Virus record (IMG/VR): IMGVR_UViG_3300020576_004053
Span: 32,001-96,000 of that record
DNA from: a virus
Taxonomy: Duplodnaviria; Caudoviricetes
Strand: one strand, 5' to 3'
Length of the DNA: 64,000 nucleotides
Positions 1-8,675 of the stretch are shown here, in pieces; the first letter of the stretch is position 1, and each line of letters begins with the position of its first letter. The notes under the pieces were generated by a model that made no database searches, was not told where the DNA came from, and saw only the letters and a list, made by a program, of their open reading frames with translations. The position numbers and the translations under genes are program-made.

Positions 1-295
1 ACCTATCGTAGGTATACATGAATATACGACGATTGGCAGCAGCAGTCGCAATTTCCGCTAAAAATACCCAGAATACATTAGGTGAAATTTGAATCGCATG
101 AGGATAGGTCATCGCCACAGCAGTTGATTGTTCCATTGGGCGTGCAATTGCCAATGGTAGTGGACCTGCCCATTTGTCTTCGGCGTCCAATCCATTAACA
201 CTTGCCATCAACGAAGACAATGATACCTTAGTAGGATCATATGACCCAGTTGCGGGATGTTCTCCAAATCGTATCTCACGTGCGGTAAAACTCAT
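1..295 (-). CDS. Partial CDS running off the left edge (MSFTAREIRFGEHPATGSYDP...), probable virion/tail-associated protein
   Basis: Manual translation: ATG at 295 preceded by GAGG, open frame to base 1; follows the fibre gene directly. Confidence 0.7.
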   Translation of the reverse strand, partial: MSFTAREIRFGEHPATGSYDPTKVSLSSLMASVNGLDAEDKWAGPLPLAIARPMEQSTAVAMTYPHAIQISPNVFWVFLAEIATAAANRRIFMYTYDR

Positions 296-309
296 ATAAA
301 AATCCTCAT

Positions 310-3300
310 TTATTCAAGCGGTAAAAACATCACAGATGCCGATAGAAATACCGATCCTGTTTGCAAATTTGTAAGCGTGTATGGAATTAAGTTAGATACC
401 GGCTCATCTAACATTGCCCCGAATGGAAATGGTGATAAGGTACCAGTTAATTGGGTCGATGTCGTGATAAAATCTAATATCACACCATGCGATCCGGTCG
501 GTTCAACATTAGTACCACGGGAAACGTCCAAATCACGAGATGTAGTGGTTGAATATAGTCGAATTCGTAATGGTTGATCCGTACGAACTAAATACAACAC
601 AAACCCTGCAGATAAATAGGCCGAACCTGTCTCATGTTGATTCTGTGCCAGTGAAATCGATGACGAAATGGTCGTTAATTGACGAGTAGCTGCCGTAGGC
701 GCAGGACTACCACCACCATTTAATGCATAACTAGCTGTTAAGGCATATGAGGCAGACGTAATCGATCCCAATAACGATTCTGCTACCAACGCATAAGATG
801 CGGTATACGAGGTTAATGCAAGTCCTGCTACCAATGCATAGGAAGCCGAATCTACCAACGACATAGACGGTGAAATATACGTGCCACCATCCGCCCACGA
901 CGTTCCACTAATATATGACGCAGTTGGTGACGATCCTCCCCCACCACCACTACCACCATTTAGTGCATAGCTAGCCGTTAACGCATATGACGCAGACGTA
1001 GCAGATGATATTGATCCTAATAGAGTTTGTGCCACCAATGCATAAGATGCAGTTCCTTCGATATCCCCTAAATACGATCCAGTATTAATCTGAGCCGATG
1101 ATGATACAATGCCAGTAGGAACACCTGTTAATCCGCCATAGGATACCTGTGCCGACGCTGAAATTATACCAACAGGGATATTAGAAAGTCCTACATACGA
1201 TATTTGCGTGGATGATGATACTAATCCAGTCGGAACATTCGTAATACCTGTATAGGATATTTGTGATGACGCAGATACTAAAGTTGGTACGGCACCGATA
1301 TTAGTAAACGCCACATATGACGCAGATGTGGCTGTAGTAGCAGTCGTTGTAGTATTCGCATATGAAGCCGTTGCTGGTATAAACGTAATACTCGTTGCAG
1401 CAGATGCCGATGTCGCATTGTTAGCCGTACCTGCATTCAAGGCATATGACGCCGATCCTTGAATATTCCCTAAGAATGACCCTGTATTGATTTGTACCGA
1501 TGATGATACTAATCCAGTCGGTACATTTGTAATGCCTGTGAACGATATTTGTGCAGAGGATGATACAATACCTACTGGAACATTTGTAATCCCCGTATAC
1601 GTGATCTGCGCAGACGATGTGACAATACCAACGGGTACGTTCGTAATACCTGTGTACGATATCTGATTAGATGCAGATACCAACGTTGGTTTGTTATCTA
1701 TATTGACAAATGTAACATATGATGCCGTCGTTGCAGCCGTCGCAGTGTTTGCATTAACTGCATGGGAGGCACTAACCGGTATAAACGTAATACTCGTTGC
1801 CGCTGAAGCCGTCGTCGCAGTGTTTGCAGTACCAGCATTCAACGCATAGGATGCAGACCCTTGAATATCCCCTAAGAATGATCCTGTATTAATCTGCACC
1901 GACGATGATACTAATCCGGTCGGCACATTGGTAATACCTACAAACGATATTTGGGTAGACGATGAGACAATGCCTACCGGAATATTCGTAATACCCGTGT
2001 ACGATATCTGACTAGATGCAGATACCAACGTTGGCTTATTACCAACCCCCGTAAACTGCACATATGAGGCCGTATCTGCAATTGCGACTACACCCGCATT
2101 TGTTAATGCATATGATGCCGTGATTGCAAAAATAGTAGTATCAGCATTAACCGCATGAGACGCACTAACCGGTGTAAATGTAATGCTCGTTGCGGCAGAT
2201 GCGGTGGTCGCAGTATTGGCGGTACCGGCATTTAACGCATACGAAGCCGACCCTTGAATATCCCCTAAGAATGATCCCGTATTAATCTGCACTGATGATG
2301 ACACAATGCCAATAGGTACGTTCGTAATACCCGTATACGAGATTTGCGTAGACGATGATACTAATCCAGTTGGTAATGAGGATACTGAATTTAATGCATA
2401 CGATGCGGTGGTTGCATATGATGCGGTTGCGGGTGTAAATGTAATGCTCGTTGCAGCAGACGCTGATGTCGCAGTGTTAGCGGTACCCGCATTCAACGCA
2501 TACGATGCAGAACCTTGAATATTTCCTAAGAATGATCCCGTATTAATCTGAACCGAAGATGAGACAATCCCAACCGGAACACCCGTAATGCCCGTATAAG
2601 ATATTTGTGCAGATGCTGATACTAATGTTGGCTTATTGACTACATCGCTATATGTGACATAGGATGCCGTAGCTGCATTTGCAACTGCACCGGCACTTGT
2701 AAGAGCATATGACGCCGTTATTGCCGTATTTGATTGTTCCGCAGTTAACGCATATGACGCTGTAATAGAAACGGACGCAGATGCTACTGTCCATGTAGAT
2801 GCTTGTGCAGAACTACTAATAATTCCGGTTGGAATATTAGATACATTGGGGTAACTAATTTGTGTTGAACTACTAACTAATCCACTAGGTAATTGGGTAG
2901 AACTTGATACGATGCCAATTGGAATATTCGATAGCGATGGATAGCTAACTTGTGTAGAACTGCTAACCAATCCTGTTGGTAATTGTGCAGAACTACTAAT
3001 AATTCCAGTTGGAATATTAGATACACTTGGATAGCTGATTTGCGCAGAACTGCTAACCAATCCCGCTGGCAATGCGGTTGAATTTAACGCATACGAGGAT
3101 GTGGCCGCATAGGATGCTGACGTGGCAGTACCCACTGACGCCGATACAAATCCTTTCGTACCAACATACTGATAAAAGGTAATTTTCGGAGGCATATTGG
3201 CGGGTACGCTTGAATAAAACGATACCACACCACTTTCAGTATCGACAAGCCAATCACCTGATCCGAATGGAATAGATGCGTCAACACTATTTTTTAATGC

Positions 3301-3618
3301 GTAGTTGTAGCTTCCATTTCCAAAATTGAATGGAATCGCATCTCGTAAACTATCATGTTGGAATGCATTAGTCGTACCGGCAACTGCGGTTAACGTCAGA
3401 TCGGCAACATATTTAACTACACCAATAACATGCCCACTCCCAGTAAAGGCGGCAGATTGTGTTGGAATTAAATCAGAATCTGTCCAAATTTGGGATGTGA
3501 GAATAGTTGGTGGTGCATTATATGGTTCTTCGAAGAAATCTCGACTTGATGTAGTCTGGGATTTTCCTAGTAATTTTTTGAACAATAATAATGCTTGTTG
3601 TGCAGTAGTTAGCGCCAT
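310..3618 (-). CDS. Repeat-rich tail fibre/whisker-like structural protein (1102 aa)
   Basis: Many ~19-aa repeats (ISYTGITNVPxG[IL]VSSSxQ) and SASYA motifs between non-repetitive termini; downstream of tube gene. Confidence 0.7.
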   Translation of the reverse strand: MALTTAQQALLLFKKLLGKSQTTSSRDFFEEPYNAPPTILTSQIWTDSDLIPTQSAAFTGSGHVIGVVKYVADLTLTAVAGTTNAFQHDSLRDAIPFNFGNGSYNYALKNSVDASIPFGSGDWLVDTESGVVSFYSSVPANMPPKITFYQYVGTKGFVSASVGTATSASYAATSSYALNSTALPAGLVSSSAQISYPSVSNIPTGIISSSAQLPTGLVSSSTQVSYPSLSNIPIGIVSSSTQLPSGLVSSSTQISYPNVSNIPTGIISSSAQASTWTVASASVSITASYALTAEQSNTAITASYALTSAGAVANAATASYVTYSDVVNKPTLVSASAQISYTGITGVPVGIVSSSVQINTGSFLGNIQGSASYALNAGTANTATSASAATSITFTPATASYATTASYALNSVSSLPTGLVSSSTQISYTGITNVPIGIVSSSVQINTGSFLGDIQGSASYALNAGTANTATTASAATSITFTPVSASHAVNADTTIFAITASYALTNAGVVAIADTASYVQFTGVGNKPTLVSASSQISYTGITNIPVGIVSSSTQISFVGITNVPTGLVSSSVQINTGSFLGDIQGSASYALNAGTANTATTASAATSITFIPVSASHAVNANTATAATTASYVTFVNIDNKPTLVSASNQISYTGITNVPVGIVTSSAQITYTGITNVPVGIVSSSAQISFTGITNVPTGLVSSSVQINTGSFLGNIQGSASYALNAGTANNATSASAATSITFIPATASYANTTTTATTATSASYVAFTNIGAVPTLVSASSQISYTGITNVPTGLVSSSTQISYVGLSNIPVGIISASAQVSYGGLTGVPTGIVSSSAQINTGSYLGDIEGTASYALVAQTLLGSISSATSASYALTASYALNGGSGGGGGSSPTASYISGTSWADGGTYISPSMSLVDSASYALVAGLALTSYTASYALVAESLLGSITSASYALTASYALNGGGSPAPTAATRQLTTISSSISLAQNQHETGSAYLSAGFVLYLVRTDQPLRIRLYSTTTSRDLDVSRGTNVEPTGSHGVILDFITTSTQLTGTLSPFPFGAMLDEPVSNLIPYTLTNLQTGSVFLSASVMFLPLE

Positions 3619-3619
3619 A

Positions 3620-6600
3620 TCATGTTATTGTTATACTGGTAAACGTACGAGTGCTGCCAGTTGGTAATCCTACTCGTACGAACAATACTCCGGTCAACGC
3701 CACTGATCCAAACGTAATACGTTTCAATGTGGTAGTACTGCTACCAATAACCAAGGCAGGATCACCATTATTGGTCGGGTTACCGGTACCACCATATGCC
3801 GTTGCTCCATCCACCCATCCTGCAGTAGGAGTTGACCCAGACACTTGCACATATACCCACATTGAACTCGTTGTTTGAATAGCTCCAAAATTAGTAGCTC
3901 CATTGAATGTAACTGATATTGCACTTACTGCATTAACAGATTGACTAATCGTATACCATCGCACATTACCAAATGTATCAGGAGTTAATGCCGTATAATT
4001 TGGACCCGCAATTGGATAATTGTTAACATACGTACGTGCCGGTGGATATTGATATATACCGTTGATCATCTGCAATTCTTTATTAGTATCCAGTGACCGA
4101 GATGCAAATAAAGACCACGGACCACCAGTACCTGACGGTGCAGATCCAATAGCTGGATATTGACCGATGCCAGAATATACACGCGTTTCTGTACTGACCG
4201 TATCTACACGAATTAATCTAGACGTACCCAATGATGCAGTGACCGTAGAAGTATGCACGACACCTTGAGAGTTATATGTGTTTCCTGAGAACGACGCCGT
4301 TTCTTGATATTGGTTTGTTAAAATGACAACCGGAATACTTGCCGATACAAACGCACCTGAAATTGGAGCGGATGCCGGTAATGATTGGTTGACGGTTGAT
4401 GCTACCGTAGAACTGGCTGCGTTTATACGAGTGCTATTATAAAACCGACTTACCGCATTTGATCCGGTAAATGTCGCAGTAATAATATCACCTGTCGCTA
4501 AGCTTGGTACACCACTAATATATCGACCTGTATAGGTTGATGCGGATACAGACATGCTTACAGCGGTGGGTGTACGTGGATTATCGATATAGAACGTGTA
4601 TAATGGAGTCGACCCGCCTGTGCTATGAATTAGACGTGTTGTATGCGCCCCTAACGACAATGCAGAAGTAGGCGCAGTGCGTGCGATAAATCCTTTCCAG
4701 AATCCCTGTTGTCCGAATGTTCCCGCATATGGATCAGCATCTTGTGAAATAATCAAGTTACCAAACGTACCAGTATCAGATGCCGTCGTCATAATGCGAG
4801 TTGATGTCGATGACACACCACCATCAAATTCGGCACTTAATGATCCAGCATCCCCATCAGTTGATAGTGTTGTAGATGAACCCGATGTTGCAATTGCCAC
4901 AGTCCAACTTGCGGTTGGTAATGATGACGTAATAGCTGTAGTACGAGAAATACCAGTAGATTCTTCTAGCGCCGTATAAACATTTGGGATAGATAATGTA
5001 CGCGTGCTCAATAACGGGGGTTTTGCCGGTGCAAGTTTTCCTAGAATATCTTCAATTTTATCAAACGCATCTTCAAGTTTATCATTAGTAGCAATACCAG
5101 ATACATTACCAGCTACCCCACCATATACACCATCTGCTGGTAGTCCAATATACACAAGACCACCACTGATATATGATGCGGTATATGATGTCGTTGCAAA
5201 AGATGCTGACACATTCGTCAACGCATTAATCTGAACAGAACTTGACAATATGCCAGTCGGTAGCGTTCCACCACCATTCAATGCATACGACGCAGTTTCT
5301 GCATATGACGCGGAAGTAGCGACAGATGCCGTTGCTACCGTCCATGCAGAAGCTTGTGCCGAGCTACTAACTAATCCAGTTGGTCTATTTGCCACATTGG
5401 TATATGTGACATAGGACGCAGTAGCAATTGTTGTTGGCTGATTTGCAATAGCCGTATAGTCAATCTGCGACGATGCGCTTACTAATGTTGGTTTCCCAGT
5501 TACATTAGTATATGCCACCGCATTAGCTAATGATGCAGTTGCTACCGTCCATGCAGAGGCTTGTGCAGAACTACTGACAATACCCGTTGGAATATTTGTG
5601 ATGCCAGTATAACTAACTTGTGCAGAACTAGATACCAACCCAACAGGTTTTCCCGTTACGTTGGTATATGCTACTGCATTTGCTAACGAGGCAGTTGCTA
5701 CGGTCCATGCAGAGGCTTGTGCAGAACTTGACACAATGCCAATCGGAATATTAGATATACCAATATAGCTAATCTGCGACGATGCACTTACTAAATTTGC
5801 AGGAACATTCACAAGTCCGATAAACGATACTTGTGTGGAACTTGATACCAATCCTACCGGTACACCCGTTACGCCTGTGAATATGATCTGAGATGACCCA
5901 GATACTAATGTCGGTGCATTGTTAACATTTGCAAACGTCACATATGATGCCGTTGCAATTGTCGTTGGTTGATTTGTAATAGCCGTATAATCAATTTGCG
6001 CGGACGCAGATATTAGAGTCGGCTTTCCAGTTATATTGATATAGGCAACTGCATTTGCTAATGAGGCAGTTGCTACAGTCCATGATACCGCTTGTGTGGA
6101 ACTGCTTACAATGCCTACTGGAATATTTGTAACTCCGGTATAGCTAATCTGCGCCGATGAGGATACCACGGTAGGCTTGTTATCAATATCTACCCAGTCT
6201 ACATATGATGCAGACGTAGCCGTTCCGTCTAACGTTCCAGCAAATGATCCAGTATTAATTTGTACAGAACTCGACACTAAGCCCGTGGGCAGCGTCGTTG
6301 AGTTTAGCGCATATGACGCGGTATCTGCATATGAAGCCGATGCGACCAACAGAATTTGGGCCGAGCTAGATAATAATCCAACTGGAATATCAGCGACGTT
6401 ATACCATAATACACGTTCGGTGTATGACGATGACTCAATAGATCCTAATGAATTAAGCGCATAGGACGCAGTTCCTGCATATGACGCAGATCGTGCATTG
6501 ATGGCAAAACTACCATACGACGGGATAGAAACATTTACCGTACCGGATACAGGAGTATTGGGTACAATGACATTTACACCACCCGAAACCGATGCGGCAG

Positions 6601-6661
6601 TATTAACGACTGTAAGATTTACACCAGTACCGACCGTTGAGCCGGTGATTTGAATGATCAC
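3620..6661 (-). CDS. Repeat-rich tail fibre-like structural protein (1013 aa)
   Basis: Same repeat family in the N-terminal half (YTNVTGKPT/LVSSSAQ); beta-rich C-terminal half. Confidence 0.7.
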   Translation of the reverse strand: MIIQITGSTVGTGVNLTVVNTAASVSGGVNVIVPNTPVSGTVNVSIPSYGSFAINARSASYAGTASYALNSLGSIESSSYTERVLWYNVADIPVGLLSSSAQILLVASASYADTASYALNSTTLPTGLVSSSVQINTGSFAGTLDGTATSASYVDWVDIDNKPTVVSSSAQISYTGVTNIPVGIVSSSTQAVSWTVATASLANAVAYINITGKPTLISASAQIDYTAITNQPTTIATASYVTFANVNNAPTLVSGSSQIIFTGVTGVPVGLVSSSTQVSFIGLVNVPANLVSASSQISYIGISNIPIGIVSSSAQASAWTVATASLANAVAYTNVTGKPVGLVSSSAQVSYTGITNIPTGIVSSSAQASAWTVATASLANAVAYTNVTGKPTLVSASSQIDYTAIANQPTTIATASYVTYTNVANRPTGLVSSSAQASAWTVATASVATSASYAETASYALNGGGTLPTGILSSSVQINALTNVSASFATTSYTASYISGGLVYIGLPADGVYGGVAGNVSGIATNDKLEDAFDKIEDILGKLAPAKPPLLSTRTLSIPNVYTALEESTGISRTTAITSSLPTASWTVAIATSGSSTTLSTDGDAGSLSAEFDGGVSSTSTRIMTTASDTGTFGNLIISQDADPYAGTFGQQGFWKGFIARTAPTSALSLGAHTTRLIHSTGGSTPLYTFYIDNPRTPTAVSMSVSASTYTGRYISGVPSLATGDIITATFTGSNAVSRFYNSTRINAASSTVASTVNQSLPASAPISGAFVSASIPVVILTNQYQETASFSGNTYNSQGVVHTSTVTASLGTSRLIRVDTVSTETRVYSGIGQYPAIGSAPSGTGGPWSLFASRSLDTNKELQMINGIYQYPPARTYVNNYPIAGPNYTALTPDTFGNVRWYTISQSVNAVSAISVTFNGATNFGAIQTTSSMWVYVQVSGSTPTAGWVDGATAYGGTGNPTNNGDPALVIGSSTTTLKRITFGSVALTGVLFVRVGLPTGSTRTFTSITIT

Positions 6662-7017
6662 GGCTGTGTAATTCCAAGTTCAACGGATACTTTACCTTGC
6701 ATAATTCGTAAAGTTTCGGGAGGATTTACCCCATAATTCGTAGAAATTACGTCATAAATGTACTTTTTGTTATCCAGCAGCCACGTTGTTTGTGCTGATA
6801 AATACATGGAGATAGAACCTGATACCGCATTATCGATACTCATTGTAAAGAACAAATATGGGGTGGGATCTGTAATCTTTTCTTTGATCGATCCCGTAAA
6901 CGCCCAATTAGTAATGTCTATCGGTACGTCATTGTCATCCTTGATTACAAACGGTAAATCATACGTTTGATTTTGAAGGATGCATAAATTGTATTCATTA
7001 TTTAATTCACATGACAT
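6658..7017 (-). CDS. Small beta-sandwich tail/fibre-attachment-type protein (119 aa)
   Basis: Pattern 'I.Q..T...F...D....PIDIT.W.F...IK...G.I...LSA.T..L....Y.YD....RI.QG.V.V'; overlaps next gene (ATGA-type). Confidence 0.55.
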   Translation of the reverse strand: MSCELNNEYNLCILQNQTYDLPFVIKDDNDVPIDITNWAFTGSIKEKITDPTPYLFFTMSIDNAVSGSISMYLSAQTTWLLDNKKYIYDVISTNYGVNPPETLRIMQGKVSVELGITQP

Positions 7018-7045
7018 GCACAGTCTCAGTCAAGGCGTCCATCTA

Positions 7046-7053
7046 TATAAATA
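7046..7053 (-). promoter_or_regulatory. Putative late promoter TATTTATA
   Basis: Recurring intergenic motif; 14-nt context identical to 13790-13803. Confidence 0.7.
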
Positions 7054-7056
7054 TCA

Positions 7057-7956
7057 CTAGGTGTGACTATTGATGTATTTTTCCAATTGTTCTATAACCC
7101 ATTCCGGTCGAGTGAGAATATCCGTCTCCCAGAAGATTAATAGCCGGATATTGTTGTCCATACACCACTGTGCTTTTTTGACATCGTTGGAGATATTGGT
7201 ATGTTGTGAATCGAATTTAGGTATTGCATGCTTGGTCGCTGGATTACAATGCCAAAAATTACCATGAACTTCAACGATTATATTACTTTCCGGTAGATAG
7301 AAATCGTAGAAGGCTTTAATGGATTTCACATAAAATTGACGAGTGTATGTAATGGATGCCGAATCTAATAACGCAGCAAGGGTATCTTCTAATTTAGACG
7401 AAATACTCCAAGTGTTGTTGGTCATTCGTCTAAGCATATGCTGTCGTTGCCGTTCTTGCAATTCCGGATCTGACCATGCTTTGATAATACCTTCCCGAGA
7501 CTTCCGCTTATGCTCTTCCGATTTAGGTCTTCCGGTCATGTAATCAGATATTTTCTTAGAGCGTTCAACATTTTCAGAATTTTTCTTAGCAGCAGATTGT
7601 AATCGGATATCGGTATCGATGGACAAACCTTCTGCCCAAACAACCCGTTTTCCTGATTCATAACCATCTTTTGCTATCTTAGATATTTTGTGTTTAGTTT
7701 CATTTGAATGCGTTTTTCCTTGCATAGGATTAGAAGTGCGAGAATTGTGACCTGCTACGTATTCCATAAATTTAGTCGGCATTTCAGTTCGCCATTTAAC
7801 ACGTTCACCACACCCGCATTTGCACGTTGGCCAGACGCCATTCAAATAATATTCTACATAAAACTCAGATGAATGAATTTTATGTACACGACTCACATGT
7901 TTCCTAAGATAGTCATATGACTCAACTTCTTTACTACATCTCTGACAAATAAACAT
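7057..7956 (-). mobile_element. Free-standing homing endonuclease gene: C2H2 Zn finger, CKCGCG, NUMOD3-like motifs, Vsr/DUF559-like nuclease
   Basis: CQRC..HVSRVH, NPMQGKTHSNETKHKIS, YDFY...EVHGNFWH...DVKK...LLIFWE; AT-rich; inserted after tube gene. Confidence 0.8.
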
Positions 7957-7972
7957 TTTCCACCCTTATAAA

Positions 7973-8020
7973 AAGTTGGTCCGAACCACGTGAACACATA
8001 TACGTAGTACGGACCAACTT
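7973..8020 (-). terminator. Stem-loop after the tube gene with a promoter-like TATGTGT in its loop
   Basis: AAGTTGGTCCG (7973-7983) / CGGACCAACTT (8010-8020) perfect 11-bp inverted repeat plus inner pairing; T-run follows on minus strand. Confidence 0.65.
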
Positions 8021-8046
8021 GAAAATACAGATTTCTGGTTGGAAAA

Positions 8047-8538
8047 TCAATAATTTAGTATACACATATCCGGCTGAATGGTGAGACTGATTTCTGCAAT
8101 ATCGTCAGTTCCCCAATCCACGTCACCAAAATTCAATTCGGTGATGATACAGCCCTTCAATAGCCATTCTTCTACCTTGTCACCAACGGGACCAGCCATA
8201 TTCAAAATAATGTCTTTCTTATAGAAATCCGCATATCCATCACGACCGGTCACTGATTCGTGGTGCAATCGGAACCATTCCATTGCGGCCTGTGCACCGG
8301 ATGGCGCAATCGGATCATACAATGTCAACTGAATCGGGGACCACTTCGTCTTACCCTTTACATAACGGGATAAGTTAATGTGCGGAAGCTCTTTCGCTTC
8401 TTGTGTAGCGGTAGGGCGACTAGCCTTACGAATGAGATATGACGGAATTCCATCGATATACATTACAAAACGGTTCTTTGTTTTTGGTTCAAATGCACTC
8501 CAAAACATCTCATTTTCTGCAATAATATTTACTGCCAT
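8047..8538 (-). CDS. gp19: Tail tube protein (T4 gp19-like)
   Basis: EPKTKNRF, GKTKWSPIQLTLYD, YKKDIIL...GPVG..VEEWLLKG; directly after sheath. Confidence 0.92.
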   Translation of the reverse strand: MAVNIIAENEMFWSAFEPKTKNRFVMYIDGIPSYLIRKASRPTATQEAKELPHINLSRYVKGKTKWSPIQLTLYDPIAPSGAQAAMEWFRLHHESVTGRDGYADFYKKDIILNMAGPVGDKVEEWLLKGCIITELNFGDVDWGTDDIAEISLTIQPDMCILNY

Positions 8539-8598
8539 AGTGTTATCCTAAGTGTGGAGCAAATATGATAGCCCCGATGTGATTTACCGACATCTACA

Positions 8599-8606
8599 AA
8601 TACATA
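8599..8606 (-). promoter_or_regulatory. Putative late promoter TATGTATT (tube gene)
   Basis: GTGATATGTAT variant of the motif. Confidence 0.6.
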
Positions 8607-8609
8607 TCA

Positions 8610-8664
8610 CTAACGTCAAAAATCCACTTAATCATATTTCTATTAAGTGGATTTTTGACGTTAG
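8610..8664. repeat. Perfect 23-bp inverted repeat (9-nt loop) between sheath and tube genes; terminator or processing hairpin
   Basis: CTAACGTCAAAAATCCACTTAAT (8610-8632) / ATTAAGTGGATTTTTGACGTTAG (8642-8664). Confidence 0.85.
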
Positions 8665-8675
8665 CGAGTTACCGT

